DNA of 64,000 nucleotides from Nitrospirota bacterium (GCA_963737155.1 CAVTRN010000002.1:2624001-2688000); one strand, 5' to 3'; positions 1 through 11,062 are shown, counted from the first letter of the stretch. Translations and numbers: made by a program. The notes: generated by a model from the sequence alone, not told the origin.

Positions 1-2
1 CA

Positions 3-740
3 CCAGGACTTTCCGGCGCAGAACTGGCTAACCTAGTGAATGAAGCCGCTCTGCTCGCAGGAAGAATGGGCAAGACGCAGGTTGAAAACGATGACTTTGA
101 CCGGGCAAAAGATAAAATTCTGATGGGCCTCGAGCGTAAGTCTATGCTTATCAGCGATGAAGAGAAGACAAACACGGCCTATCATGAGGCCGGCCATACG
201 ATGGTTGCGAAACTTCTTCCCGGCACCGACCCCGTGCACAAAGTCTCCATCATTCCACGTGGCATGGCTCTGGGAATCACGCTTCAGCTTCCCACCGCGG
301 ACCGCTATTCCTATGACCGTGAACACCTCCTGAACAACATTGCCATTCTGCTGGGCGGCAGGGCCGCTGAGGAGATAGCGCTCCAGCATATGACGACGGG
401 AGCGGGAAACGATATCGAGCGCGCCACCACTCTGGCGCGAAAAATGGTAACCGAGTGGGGCATGAGCGACAAACTGGGCCCCCTTGCCTACGGCAGAAAG
501 GAAGAGCAAATATTCCTCGGCCGCGAAATCGCGCAGCACCGCGACTACAGCGAACATACAGCCATCGAAATCGATGAGGAAGTGAAACGGATTGTGTCGG
601 AAAACTACGAAAAAGCAAAGAAACTGATCGGCGACCGTAGGGAAACACTTGACCGGCTGACCAAGGCCCTGCTCGAAAAAGAAACCCTTGATGGTCCCGA
701 GATCGAGGTTATCATAAACGGCCAACCAGCGGCGGCATAG
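3..740 (+). CDS. ftsH: ATP-dependent zinc metalloprotease FtsH, C-terminal part (5' end outside window)
   Basis: Frame open from the window edge: [17 protein letters not shown] (end of AAA domain), HEAGH zinc motif, GGRAAEE and [12 protein letters not shown] of peptidase M41. Confidence 0.97.
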   Translation, partial: PGLSGAELANLVNEAALLAGRMGKTQVENDDFDRAKDKILMGLERKSMLISDEEKTNTAYHEAGHTMVAKLLPGTDPVHKVSIIPRGMALGITLQLPTADRYSYDREHLLNNIAILLGGRAAEEIALQHMTTGAGNDIERATTLARKMVTEWGMSDKLGPLAYGRKEEQIFLGREIAQHRDYSEHTAIEIDEEVKRIVSENYEKAKKLIGDRRETLDRLTKALLEKETLDGPEIEVIINGQPAAA

Positions 741-749
741 GAGCGAAGG

Positions 750-1916
750 ATGGTGCCTATCCTCCGGATCTCCGGCCGTGGAGAGCTCGGTATAATTATT
801 CACGGACTGACCCCGGATCATGTAAGGAGAATCCGGGAGTTAATGAAATCATCGGACGTCGGGGCAGGTTTCGAAACTGCCCCGACGTCTTCTTTGAACG
901 GCGCAATACCGGCGCTTATACTCAGCGGCGCCCCCGGGCAATTGAAGCGTCTTCCGCCTATTTTCGCATTAGATCATAGCGTCCCCGCTGCTATTCCCCA
1001 AAAAATCAACTCTTTGCTTGACAACTACTTGCGCTCAGATTATAAGATTGATTGCAGGGGAAAAGTCCTCGATCTCGGTAGGCACACCCATATTATGGGA
1101 ATCCTGAACGTAACTCCAGATTCCTTTTCAGACGGTGGACAGTTCGTCGCAGCGGACCGCGCCCGGGCTCATGCGCACGAAATGGTTGCGGCAGGAGCGG
1201 ACATCATTGACGTAGGGGGAGAATCCACGCGCCCCGGCGCGGATCCGGTTCCGGAAGACGAGGAACTGCGAAGGATACTCCCGATCATCGAACGTCTCTC
1301 GGTTGAACTGCCCGTTCCCCTCTCTGTCGACACCTACAAAGCATCTGTGGCCAGGAAGGCCCTTGAGGCCGGCGCATCGATGGTAAACGACATCAGCGGG
1401 CTCCGGTACTCTCCGGATATGGCAAAGATTGTTGCAGACTCAGGAGCCGCCCTAGTCATCATGCACATTAAGGGCAAGCCGCGCAACATGCAGCAGAACC
1501 CCAAGTATGACGATGTAGTCGGTGAAATCATAGACTACCTCGAGGAAAGCATCGAGACAGCGGAGAAGGCCGGCGTCGACCGGGAGAAAATCGTCATCGA
1601 TCCCGGCATCGGATTCGGTAAGAACCTAGCGCACAACCTTGAACTGATCGACCGGCTCGATGAGCTCAGGGTCCTCGGCAGGCCCATTATGCTCGGGACG
1701 TCAAGAAAAAAATTTATTGGTACGATTCTCGACATCTCCGTCCCTGAGCAGCGCGTCAACGGCACGGCTGCTTCAGTGGCCCTCGGAATCGCCCGAGGCG
1801 CCGCCATCTTCAGGGTTCATGACGTGGCGCAGATGGTCCAGGTCGCGCGCATGACGGATGCGATGGTTAAAACAGACCCCAGGATCAGGCTGCAAATCAA
1901 CGATATATACCCGTGA
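750..1916 (+). CDS. folP: Dihydropteroate synthase with about 100-aa N-terminal extension
   Basis: MGILNVTPDSFSDGG, DVGGESTRPGA, DPGIGFGK, GTSRK, RVHDV motifs; canonical position after ftsH. Confidence 0.96.
   Translation: MVPILRISGRGELGIIIHGLTPDHVRRIRELMKSSDVGAGFETAPTSSLNGAIPALILSGAPGQLKRLPPIFALDHSVPAAIPQKINSLLDNYLRSDYKIDCRGKVLDLGRHTHIMGILNVTPDSFSDGGQFVAADRARAHAHEMVAAGADIIDVGGESTRPGADPVPEDEELRRILPIIERLSVELPVPLSVDTYKASVARKALEAGASMVNDISGLRYSPDMAKIVADSGAALVIMHIKGKPRNMQQNPKYDDVVGEIIDYLEESIETAEKAGVDREKIVIDPGIGFGKNLAHNLELIDRLDELRVLGRPIMLGTSRKKFIGTILDISVPEQRVNGTAASVALGIARGAAIFRVHDVAQMVQVARMTDAMVKTDPRIRLQINDIYP
855..889. repeat. REP-like palindrome inside the folP coding sequence
   Basis: Perfect 13-bp inverted repeat gacgtcggggcag / ctgccccgacgtc around gtttcgaaa. 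Confidence 0.6.
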
Positions 1917-2032
1917 TCAACAGCCTTTTTTTGCGCGGGAAACAACGATTCCGAGCAAGCAGGAGTGACCGCAAAATCCCGAGGCCCTGTCGTTGTCATA
2001 ATTGATGAGCCCTATCGTACAAATCAGAAATC

Positions 2033-2857
2033 ATGTTCAAGAACTTCACCGAAATACGCGAAATCCTGGCGCACTACCGCTGGCTTAATGATACGATAGA
2101 CATTGCACTCGTTTATTATATCTTTTACCGGTTACTACTGCTTATCAAAGGCACCCGCGCCTTCCAGATGCTTATCGGCATCGGAATCATCGTGCTTGTG
2201 CTTATTGCTTCTCAGGCCTTTGAATTTTATACGCTCGACTGGCTCATCCACAGTTTCTGGTCCCAGATCGTGCTCGCTGTCGTGGTTTTGTTCCAGCCTG
2301 AGATCAGGCGCACCCTGGCCCGGGTGGGAGAACGACCCCTGTTCCGGTCCCTCTCAACAGTCGAGGGCTCAAAATTTATCGAGGAGACTGTGAAGGCCGC
2401 CGTATCCATGGCAAACAAGCGGATCGGCGCGCTCATCGTACTCGAGCGCGATACGGACCTGACGACGATCGTCGAAATGGGTACTGAACTCGACGCCAAG
2501 GTCACCAAGGAGCTCCTCGTGAGCATTTTCCTTCCCTACGCGCCGATCCACGATGGAGCCGCTATCATCCGGGGTGGGAGGATCATTGCCGCCGGCTGTT
2601 TCCTGCCGCTCACGCTTTCCTCGAACATATCAAAAGCGCTCGGCACTCGTCACCGAGCCGCTGTAGGCCTCACCGAGGAGGCCGATGCGGTGGTAGTTGT
2701 CGTGTCCGAGGAGACTGGCGAGATATCAGTCGTCAGGGATGGAACAATCGATCATATCGCCGACGCTCAGGCTCTCAGGAAAACGCTGTCCGATCTTTTC
2801 ATACAGAAGAAAAACGGGAAATCACGATATGGACTTCCGGAAAATTATACTCGATAA
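2033..2857 (+). CDS. cdaA: Diadenylate cyclase CdaA/DacA (c-di-AMP synthase)
   Basis: Three N-terminal TM segments, FQPEIRR, catalytic HDGA and GTRHRAA motifs. Confidence 0.96.
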   Translation: MFKNFTEIREILAHYRWLNDTIDIALVYYIFYRLLLLIKGTRAFQMLIGIGIIVLVLIASQAFEFYTLDWLIHSFWSQIVLAVVVLFQPEIRRTLARVGERPLFRSLSTVEGSKFIEETVKAAVSMANKRIGALIVLERDTDLTTIVEMGTELDAKVTKELLVSIFLPYAPIHDGAAIIRGGRIIAAGCFLPLTLSSNISKALGTRHRAAVGLTEEADAVVVVVSEETGEISVVRDGTIDHIADAQALRKTLSDLFIQKKNGKSRYGLPENYTR

Positions 2858-3485
2858 TTGGGGTATCAAGCTGCTGTCGCTTGCCCTGTCACTCACACTC
2901 TGGTCGTTCGTCACCTCGAAAGGGAAAACCGAGATAACGCTCACGATCCCGATCGAACTGCGAAACATCCCCCAGGATATGGCAGTTGTCGGCGATGTAA
3001 CCAGTTCCATGGAGGCGCGCGTACAAGGCCCAGAACGGGTGCTCGGTGACATCGCCATCGGTAAGAAAGTGGTCTGTATTGCCGATCTGTCTATGACAAA
3101 GGTTGGGGAGAACCTCGTACAGGTCTCTCCTGACGACATCAGACGGCCGACCGGACTGGCAGTCACCTATATGTCCTTGTCTGAGATCGAGGTTAAACTT
3201 GAGCCCTTGATGCGAAAAACGTTTCGTCTCAAACCTATTCTTCATGGAAATCCGGCAGCTGGCTTCCATGTGGCAAACATCTCGGTTTCGCCTTCGAAAA
3301 TCACTCTGGAAGCTGCCACAGGCGTCATGAAAACTCTGGACAGCCTTGAAACCATGCCGATCGATATCCGGGGAGCCCACGAGGACCTGACGGTGGAGCC
3401 AAAAATCGATTATCAGGGCAAACAGGTAAAAATTCTCGAGAAGAACATTTCTGTGCATATCACTCTGAAAAGGACTCACCAATGA
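2829..3485 (+). CDS. cdaR: YbbR-domain regulator CdaR
   Basis: Start taken at MDFRK; [12 protein letters not shown] anchor followed by YbbR-like repeats; lies between cdaA and glmM. Confidence 0.88.
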   Translation: MDFRKIILDNWGIKLLSLALSLTLWSFVTSKGKTEITLTIPIELRNIPQDMAVVGDVTSSMEARVQGPERVLGDIAIGKKVVCIADLSMTKVGENLVQVSPDDIRRPTGLAVTYMSLSEIEVKLEPLMRKTFRLKPILHGNPAAGFHVANISVSPSKITLEAATGVMKTLDSLETMPIDIRGAHEDLTVEPKIDYQGKQVKILEKNISVHITLKRTHQ

Positions 3486-4831
3486 AAAAACTGTTCGGAA
3501 CCGATGGAGTCCGTGGTGTTGCAAACCAGGACCCCATGACCTCTGAAATGGCACTCCGTATCGGCAGGGCCGCTGCACACATTTTCCGTGATTCCCCCCG
3601 GAGACACCGCATCGTCATCGGGAAGGATACACGCCTCTCGGGGTACATGATCGAAAGCGCGCTCACGGCCGGACTTTGCTCCATGGGCATGGATGTACTA
3701 CTCGTAGGTCCGGTCCCGACGCCTGGCATCGCCTTCCTTACGAGAAGCCTCAGAGCCGACGCGGGTGTCGTTGTCTCAGCCTCGCATAACCCCTATGAAG
3801 ACAACGGCATTAAGTTCTTTGGCAGGGACGGATTCAAGCTTCCCGACGAAGTCGAGAAAAAGATCGAAGGCCTGATCTTCACAGGTGCCATCGACGGCAT
3901 CCGGCCGACGGCGTCCGAAATCGGCAAGGCTTTCAGAATCGATGACGCGATCGGGAGATACAATGAGTTCGTAAAGTCCTCCATTCCACGCGGCATGGAT
4001 CTGTCTGGCATCCGGATGGTTGTCGACTCCGCCAACGGCGCGGCATACAAGATAGGGCCGCGCATCCTGACCGAGCTCGGAGCGGATGTCATTTCTCTTT
4101 ATGATCAGCCGTCGGGCATGAACATCAACCAGGGCTGCGGCTCCCTCTATCCTGAAGTGATCTCACACGCGGTAGTCGCGAATAATGCCCAGATCGGTAT
4201 TGCCTTCGACGGCGACGCGGATCGAATGATCCTCTGCGACGAAAAAGGAAAGATCATCGATGGCGATGCTATTATGGCTATCTGCGCCCTCCATATGATG
4301 CGGGAAGGAACGTTGAAACACAACACACTTGTTGCGACAGTCATGAGCAACCTGGGCCTAGAGATCGCATTGCAGAAGGCGGGCGGCAGACTTATCCGCG
4401 CGTCGGTAGGAGACCGTTATGTAATGGAAAAAATGATCGAAGGCGGTTTCAATCTCGGCGGCGAGCAATCAGGACATGTCATTTTTCTGGACCACAATAC
4501 CACAGGAGACGGAATTATCTCGGCTCTCCAAGTTCTATCCATCATGAAGCGGACCGGCGAACACCTGTCGGTGCTCGCCGGTTGCATGAAGACCTATCCT
4601 CAGGTCCTGGTAAATGTAAAAGTCAGAGAGCGACGCGATCTCTCTTCAATTCCGGAGATAGCCCATCGCATGGCTGAAATCGAGAAGCAGATCGATGGGA
4701 CGGGCCGCCTCCTCCTTCGATATTCTGGAACCGAGCCCAAAGTGCGTGTTATGATCGAGGGTGAGGACCATGAGAAAATCAGGGCGCTTGCCAACGATCT
4801 TGCCGAAATCATCAAAGAAAAGTTGGGGTAA
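3482..4831 (+). CDS. glmM: Phosphoglucosamine mutase
   Basis: [15 protein letters not shown] phosphoserine loop, DGDADR metal loop, GEQSGH, RYSGTEP. Confidence 0.97.
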   Translation: MKKLFGTDGVRGVANQDPMTSEMALRIGRAAAHIFRDSPRRHRIVIGKDTRLSGYMIESALTAGLCSMGMDVLLVGPVPTPGIAFLTRSLRADAGVVVSASHNPYEDNGIKFFGRDGFKLPDEVEKKIEGLIFTGAIDGIRPTASEIGKAFRIDDAIGRYNEFVKSSIPRGMDLSGIRMVVDSANGAAYKIGPRILTELGADVISLYDQPSGMNINQGCGSLYPEVISHAVVANNAQIGIAFDGDADRMILCDEKGKIIDGDAIMAICALHMMREGTLKHNTLVATVMSNLGLEIALQKAGGRLIRASVGDRYVMEKMIEGGFNLGGEQSGHVIFLDHNTTGDGIISALQVLSIMKRTGEHLSVLAGCMKTYPQVLVNVKVRERRDLSSIPEIAHRMAEIEKQIDGTGRLLLRYSGTEPKVRVMIEGEDHEKIRALANDLAEIIKEKLG

Positions 4832-5016
4832 ACAGCCCGCGATTTCACCATGTCAGTTAATCCGTGACTCTGCCGTTTCAATGCCGGGTCCTCCCTGCGG
4901 AAACTCAGTATCTCCTCAAAGGCAGTCATGATTTTTTTAGTTCCTGTACCGGATCAACATCACTGATCATGAATAATGGTTTGAAACAGATTATCTGAAC
5001 TGGAATCGGTTCGGGA

Positions 5017-5925
5017 TCAGGAAATGGGGGATTTGATTGGATAGACCTTCAGAAAATTCAGAAACTCCTTCGCTGTGTGGGTGCAGTAATTCCGCTTAGG
5101 TGAAATAATGCTGAAGTTGCGATGGAATTTGACATCCTTAAATGTCGTAACTTTGAGTATCCCGTGTTTGATTACCTGCCGCGCCGCCCAGGCTGATACG
5201 ATGGATATCCCCATCCCCTCTTCCACTGCGCTCTTTATGGATTCGGTGCTCCCAAGCACAAGCGTAATGCGAAGGTGGTCAAGTTTAATACCATGGTCCT
5301 CGAGATGCTTCAGGATGATCTGGCGGGTGCCGGAACCTTCTTCCCGCATGATAAGCGGTTCCTTGGTCAGATCCATGCCCGGAATATTTCGTCGCTCGGC
5401 CCAGGGATGCGCTGGCGACATGATCACTACTAATTCATCAGAAAGGAGCGTATCGACACTGAACCGCTGTTTGCTCACGTCGCCTTCAACTAGAGCGATA
5501 TCGATCTCACCGGCATTCAGCTTTTCCGTAATGGTTTTCGTGTTGCTAACGAAAAGGGATATATTGACCTGGGGAACTTTTCTCTTGAAGGCTGAGATGA
5601 TCTGAGGAAGAAGATAGTTCCCAATCGTGGAACTAGCACCGATGGAGAGCGATCCCTTGACTGCACCGGTGATTTCACTGATATTCTTCTGCGCCTCGGC
5701 GTAAAGAGCGAGGATCTCCTTGGCCCGTTTATAGAGGATCTCACCGGCCGGCGTGAGGTTGATCGTATTCCCAGATCGGTCGAAAAGCCGCGTCTCGTAA
5801 AGTTCCTCCATGGCCTGCACCTGGAGACTCACGGCCGGCTGAGTCAGGTGGATGAGTTCTGAGGCTTTGGAGAAGCTCTTCGTATCGGCGACTGCGCAGA
5901 AAACTCTTAGTTTATGATCTTCCAT
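5017..5925 (-). CDS. LysR-family transcriptional regulator (CysL-like)
   Basis: N-terminal HTH SFSKASELIHLTQPAVS, LFDR, and REEGSGTR in the effector domain. Confidence 0.92.
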   Translation of the reverse strand: MEDHKLRVFCAVADTKSFSKASELIHLTQPAVSLQVQAMEELYETRLFDRSGNTINLTPAGEILYKRAKEILALYAEAQKNISEITGAVKGSLSIGASSTIGNYLLPQIISAFKRKVPQVNISLFVSNTKTITEKLNAGEIDIALVEGDVSKQRFSVDTLLSDELVVIMSPAHPWAERRNIPGMDLTKEPLIMREEGSGTRQIILKHLEDHGIKLDHLRITLVLGSTESIKSAVEEGMGISIVSAWAARQVIKHGILKVTTFKDVKFHRNFSIISPKRNYCTHTAKEFLNFLKVYPIKSPIS

Positions 5926-6104
5926 AAATTAACCAAGGACAAGTGTGATTAAGAAGGGTTGAAAAGCTATTAGTATGGATGGTAAAACTATTCACGAAGT
6001 ATATTATTATAATTTATAAATCAATCACTTGCCATTGTCAAGAGGTTTATACGTTCTGTTATCGAAATAGAACATAGTCCGTCTTTATTCCGAACAAAAT
6101 TTTC

Positions 6105-6132
6105 TTGACATTTTCCGCAATACAGTTAAAAT
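6105..6132 (+). promoter_or_regulatory. Sigma70-like promoter of the small Cys protein gene
   Basis: TTGACA-N16-TAAAAT, upstream of a GGAGGTGA ribosome-binding site. Confidence 0.55.
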
Positions 6133-6170
6133 GCACGGGTTTTGCGATATTCCCCGGAGGTGATACTACC

Positions 6171-6344
6171 ATGGCAGAAATGAGTAAAACCGCAAAAGCA
6201 GCCACCAAAAAGGCCGTTGTCAATCTCAACGTCCCCCAGTGCTGCGGCAAGCCGATGCAGGCGGCGAAAATGATGACTACGACCGGCAAAGTCCGCGGCA
6301 TGATGTGGCTGTGCGACAAATGCTGGAAAGAAAAAGCAATCTAA
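6171..6344 (+). CDS. 57-aa basic Cys-rich (zinc-ribbon-like) protein
   Basis: Strong SD (ggaggtga), CCGKPM...CDKC cysteine pattern, own promoter and terminator. Confidence 0.75.
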   Translation: MAEMSKTAKAATKKAVVNLNVPQCCGKPMQAAKMMTTTGKVRGMMWLCDKCWKEKAI

Positions 6345-6373
6345 GCTTTTTAACCATCAGTTAATTCCTGTAG

Positions 6374-6400
6374 AGGCGGTGAGATGTTCACCGCCTTTTT
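6374..6400 (+). terminator. Rho-independent terminator
   Basis: Stem aggcggtga / tcaccgcct followed by a T run. Confidence 0.85.
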
Positions 6401-6587
6401 CCTTTTTTAGTCTCTTCTCCCCATTCCATAAAATCTCCAAACGCCTCCTCTATGAGGAGTTCCCTCTTGCAAATAATTAATTCTTATGATATTTTAAGAA
6501 CGCTTAAAATAAAGTGTCAGAGCTCTTTGATCCTCGTGAATGCATTGTTCCGATCTTTTTTACTTAAGGAGCTTTATTTATAAACTT

Positions 6588-7205
6588 ATGGCCCTTTTTC
6601 CGAAATCGATAGACTTTTTTGAACAATTCGACCGATCTCTCGAAAATCTGTCCCGGGCGGCCAATGTTCTCGTCGACGCCTTGAACAATTTCGAAAACTT
6701 CGATAAGAAAGCGAAGGCTATCTATGAGTTCGAGCAGCAAGGGGACATGCTCACCCATGACATCATGAAAGATCTGAACAAGACCTTTCTGACACCGATA
6801 GACCGTGAGGATATCCACGCCCTGGCATCTTGCATCGACGACATTCTCGATCTCATCTGGACCGCCGTAGATAGGATGGTGGTTTACTGTATCGAAAAAC
6901 CGACTCCCGAGGTCATTTCGATCGCCGAAGATCTCCAGATGATTGCCGACGTCCTAAAAAAGGCGCTCCGCGAACTCCGCGAGAAACAGTATTCCCACGT
7001 GCAGGAACTCTGTATCGAGGTCAACCGTCTTGAAAACCGTATCAATCGAAAATACCGCGACGCCCTCGGCAAACTCGTCAACGATCAGCACAACGCGGTC
7101 CATATCATCAAATGGAAGGATATCTACCATCTTCTAGAAGATGCCTCGAACCGGGCGGAGGATACTGCCAACATTCTAGAAGGCATCGTTCTGAAACAGA
7201 CTTGA
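6588..7205 (+). CDS. DUF47 / PhoU-like phosphate transport regulator (PiT accessory)
   Basis: EQQGD, TFLTPIDREDI, LEN, IKWKDIY motifs; start taken at MALFPKS; precedes a pit remnant. Confidence 0.9.
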   Translation: MALFPKSIDFFEQFDRSLENLSRAANVLVDALNNFENFDKKAKAIYEFEQQGDMLTHDIMKDLNKTFLTPIDREDIHALASCIDDILDLIWTAVDRMVVYCIEKPTPEVISIAEDLQMIADVLKKALRELREKQYSHVQELCIEVNRLENRINRKYRDALGKLVNDQHNAVHIIKWKDIYHLLEDASNRAEDTANILEGIVLKQT

Positions 7206-7680
7206 AATTCTGCTTCCTCATCATTATCCTACTGTAGCCTTCTTCGTCATCGCGAAGGGATAGCACGACTCGAACGCAATCGCGTATCAACCATAGTCCT
7301 GTCTCCCATGCTTGGTTGCGGTAATGCTAACGGCCTTCATGAACATTCTCGGCGCCTTCCTTACGACGCCGTGGCAAAGACCGTCGACATGAGTATTATC
7401 GTCCCCAATGCCGCCACCGACCTAGTCATCATCTCGGCGCTGCTCTCGGCCATAATCTGGAACCTCATCACGATTCTCATGGAATTTCCTGTGAGATCCT
7501 CGCATAAGCTCTTCGGATGAATCGCGAGGATATCCATGGCGCATGGCAGCTCGGGATCCTGTAAATCAGCAGTATCATCAAGATACTCACTGCGTTGCTC
7601 ATATCCCGGTCTTAGGCGTCGTCTTCGGCTATCTGTTCATGACGCTTATCCTCTCTCTGTTCGGACTTTTGTTCCACGGT
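7205..7680 (+). pseudogene. Degraded PiT-family inorganic phosphate transporter
   Basis: Fragments G*HDSNAIA (cf. GFHDxANAIAT), AVAKTV and IIWNLIT...SSHKLFG (cf. WNLITW...SSSHALIG), with stops and frameshifts. Ends approximate. Confidence 0.8.
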
Positions 7681-7689
7681 ACACTCTGT

Positions 7690-7960
7690 AAATATGTCAA
7701 ATGCCGCGACTCAGGTCATTTTTAAGGCAAGGAAAATCGAATCTCCGCTATAAGGCTATATCAGGCGGCCAAGATCGCATTGTTCAGGAACAAAGACTTT
7801 ATCGTATATTTTATGAACAATCTTAAAGGACGGGCAAGAGCAAAAGGCATCGGCACGAATATGCATATCAAATTTGCCTCGGAACTTTTAGTCATCGTTT
7901 GGACGTTGAGGAAGAAGAAAGAATGCTTCGATCCGAAATATCTCAAGAACGAGGATCAAG
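7690..7960 (+). mobile_element. IS110-family transposase C-terminal remnant
   Basis: LYQAAKIA...YF...IKFASELLVIVWTLRKKKECFDP resembles the C-terminus of IS110 transposases; no N-terminal DEDD domain. Ends approximate. Confidence 0.55.
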
Positions 7961-8436
7961 ATTCGCAAAAAAGCGGCATGACCGCGAAGTATAAACGCCT
8001 ATTTCGGCAAGAGAGCCCGGTAAGTAAAGTAGAGAGCGGTTGACTTCGTTTAATACAATCAGAACCTCTCGTTTGTATGATAGAATAGGGTATTATGGGG
8101 GCCAGAGAGAAAGCGCGCCACGCCGATAAGCAATAACTATTAGATCTATCGTTCGTGTAAACGCGAAAAACTCATCGATAAAAACGATAGCGGCACGGAT
8201 GCCGAAAGACCAACTGTACTTTTCTAAACAAAGATGTATGTTGTTGAATAAATTAATCTTCTTTTTGGCAGGTGCGATATAATACAAACGCACGGAATAT
8301 TGTGACAAAGTCGCGGAAGTAGCTTCATGAAATCAATAGGTTGCTCGCTCTGTCTGGATCAAAATATTTCACATTTGAATTAGTATCAACAATAAGAAAA
8401 GGTGATAAACTTAGATTACTTCATGGGAGGAAGAAG

Positions 8437-9882
8437 ATGGTCAGAAGGAACATCTTCAGAAGACTGCTGGAAATAATTGTACTCGCGGGACTACTTTCCG
8501 CGTGCGGTGGAAGCGGGACATCATCGAGTTCTCCCGCGGCTAACCTGATTTCCATCTCGCTTACGCCAGCTGATTCAGCCATTGCCTTAGGAACAACCAT
8601 GCGGTTCACCGCAACCGGTATTTATTCCAGCAACATAAGACGGGACATCACCGCATCAGTTATCTGGACCTCGTCGGATAAGACAATTGCGACCATCAGC
8701 AACATGCCAGGTTCTCAGGGTGTCGCCACGGCTTTTCTAACAATCGGGTCCACAACTATCACAGCGACATCAGGCAGCATTGCCGGCATAACCACCATGA
8801 GTACATCAACAGTTGCTTCCATTGCTGTATCACCAGCGTCTGCCAGCATCGCGCCGGGGACACAACAGCAGTATAACGCTCAGGGGACTCTTGAAAGTGG
8901 CGATACGCAGGATTTAACTATATGGGCAGCTTGGACTTCATCGAATCAGACCATCGCCTTCATCAATAACACATCAGCTTTAGCCACTGCGGGAACCACC
9001 TCCGGTTTGGCCACGATCAGCGCCGCCTATGTCGGGGTCACCGGTACGGCTGTTCTCATCTCCTCACCAGTGATATCCATCGCAGTTAACCCGGCGAGTG
9101 CAAGCATAGCCGATGGCACGACGCAGCAGTTCACTGCTTCGGGAACCCTTGCAGATGGGGCCGGACAGAGTCTGACCACCTGGGCAACATGGACGTCGAC
9201 AAACACGGAGGTTGCCACAATCAGTAATCCCTCGACCACCAAAGGACTGGTCATGTCCGTTAACACGGGGACGACTTTCATTGCCGCGATCTTCGATTCA
9301 GTCAGTTCACCGTCAGCAACACTATCTGTTACTCCGGCTATTTTGTCTTCAATCACTATATCACCATCAAGTTCGAATATCCCCTTGGGCAAAACACAGC
9401 AGTTTGCTGCTTCGGGGACTTTTTCGGATGGTTCAAACCAGGATATATCGTCTTCAATAACGTGGGAATCTTCGAATGCGAGCGTAGCAAGCATCAACAA
9501 TAGCGGGCTGGCAACTTCCATTGCCGAGGGGGCGACTGCGATAACAGCAAGTTCGTCCGGAATTACCTCCAACACAGCAGCATTAACGGTAATTCCTCCC
9601 AAACTCGTATCCATCCGGGTTACTCCATCATCGGCAAGTATTGTGATAGGAAACACGCAGCAGTTTACGGCGACGGGGACTTATACCGATGGAAGTTCGA
9701 ATAATATAACAGGAATAGTTAACTGGACGTCTTCCAATACGTCTATAGCCACCATGAGCACGGCAGAAGGCTTTCAGGGGGTTGCTATTGCCTCTTTTTA
9801 TCAGAACGGATCGACCATAATTACCGCGAGTTTTTCCGGAATCACTTCTAATAATGCCGTCCTTACTGTAACTTTATTTTAA
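8437..9882 (+). CDS. Lipoprotein with five bacterial Ig-like (Big_2) repeats
   Basis: Start MVRRNIF with SD ggagg, lipobox LSAC, five SIxVxPxSxSIxxGxTQQFxAxG...WxSSN repeats. Confidence 0.9.
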   Translation: MVRRNIFRRLLEIIVLAGLLSACGGSGTSSSSPAANLISISLTPADSAIALGTTMRFTATGIYSSNIRRDITASVIWTSSDKTIATISNMPGSQGVATAFLTIGSTTITATSGSIAGITTMSTSTVASIAVSPASASIAPGTQQQYNAQGTLESGDTQDLTIWAAWTSSNQTIAFINNTSALATAGTTSGLATISAAYVGVTGTAVLISSPVISIAVNPASASIADGTTQQFTASGTLADGAGQSLTTWATWTSTNTEVATISNPSTTKGLVMSVNTGTTFIAAIFDSVSSPSATLSVTPAILSSITISPSSSNIPLGKTQQFAASGTFSDGSNQDISSSITWESSNASVASINNSGLATSIAEGATAITASSSGITSNTAALTVIPPKLVSIRVTPSSASIVIGNTQQFTATGTYTDGSSNNITGIVNWTSSNTSIATMSTAEGFQGVAIASFYQNGSTIITASFSGITSNNAVLTVTLF

Positions 9883-10429
9883 GGCTCAAGTCCTTATTGA
9901 GTGGGTACTTTTCGTGAAAATAGCCAAAGATTTCAGATTTGACCGGTGCAATAATCTGAACATGTTCAGCGATACCCGCATAAATAGGCATCGATACGCA
10001 CTCGATGGTGCCTTTAAGATTGATAAATAAAAGCGCGCAGTGAGCTAAAAGGCATTTCTATTCCGGCTCAGTTTGTACCACTTTTTTACATGCCATTATA
10101 TGCATAAAACACTGTCGCAGAGCGGGTTCTATGAGTTGCTTATCTCATTTATACCCACTCGATAGGGACTTGACCCTATTTTAATTTATGGAACAGAACT
10201 CTGACTACGGATGCTCATCAGGTTTGACAATGAAGTTGAGAAAATCGTTGATCGTAAAGGTTCTGATAATTACCGTGTTGCCACACGCGTCGAGAAACGT
10301 TAAGAGGTGGATAATAGCTGGGAAAAGAACAAGATATGCCGCCATTGAGAATCCGAGATTAAAAAACTACCATTGTCATTCCCGTCGTTGCCTTCCACCG
10401 GTTACGCCCGTGCAGAAAACAGGCGTGTT

Positions 10430-11062
10430 CTAAAACCTTTTTAACATCTTCGATACTTTTCTAAGATCTATCCCGCGATATTTTCCAGCATTTAACGTAG
10501 CGATAAAATTTTCATTAGTCACGCGGTCGTCAAATTCGGTATAACAGGAACCGACATCTTTCGATTCATGGGCATCGGACCCACCGGTATAGGGAATGTT
10601 CAGCATTTGCGCCGCATCTACGGCCCGCTTATTAAACGGGTGCATGTTGCATCCATTATATCCTTCCAGAGCTCGAATCCCTTTCACAGTCTTCACTAAG
10701 TCGCCGAGACTATTGACAGACCGATAGGGATGCGACGGGATAGCAACCCCTCCCGCCCGATTGACAGCCTGTATTACTTCTTCGGCAGGAGCATATTTGA
10801 GCGAAAGGTTGTCTGTGTTCAAGCCAAAGACCAGACAATGCCCCTCTGCAGTCGAAAACTCTACACCACGCAAAATCAGAATCCGGTCGCCGTACTTCTC
10901 CTTCAGAAGCTCAATCGGTTCAGATACCTCGTAATAATAATGCTCGGTAAAAGCGATCCCCTGCAAGCCATACTCTATGGCACGAATAACTGTTTCCTCG
11001 GGTTCAGAGTCATTGTCACCGCTGTATTTTGAATGAACGTGAAGATCAATCTTGAATTTCAT
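10430..11062 (-). CDS. PHP-domain metallo-phosphoesterase
   Basis: DLHVHS, TEH, GVEFST..GH, SHPY, GGSDAH motifs. Confidence 0.9.
   Translation of the reverse strand: MKFKIDLHVHSKYSGDNDSEPEETVIRAIEYGLQGIAFTEHYYYEVSEPIELLKEKYGDRILILRGVEFSTAEGHCLVFGLNTDNLSLKYAPAEEVIQAVNRAGGVAIPSHPYRSVNSLGDLVKTVKGIRALEGYNGCNMHPFNKRAVDAAQMLNIPYTGGSDAHESKDVGSCYTEFDDRVTNENFIATLNAGKYRGIDLRKVSKMLKRF

Noticed and set aside
33-821. Long antisense or overlapping ORFs in the track (for example 33-821, 2889-3578, 45848-46837, 47749-48912, 58255-59316)
   Set aside because: They are shadows of well-supported genes on the opposite strand and have no motifs of their own.
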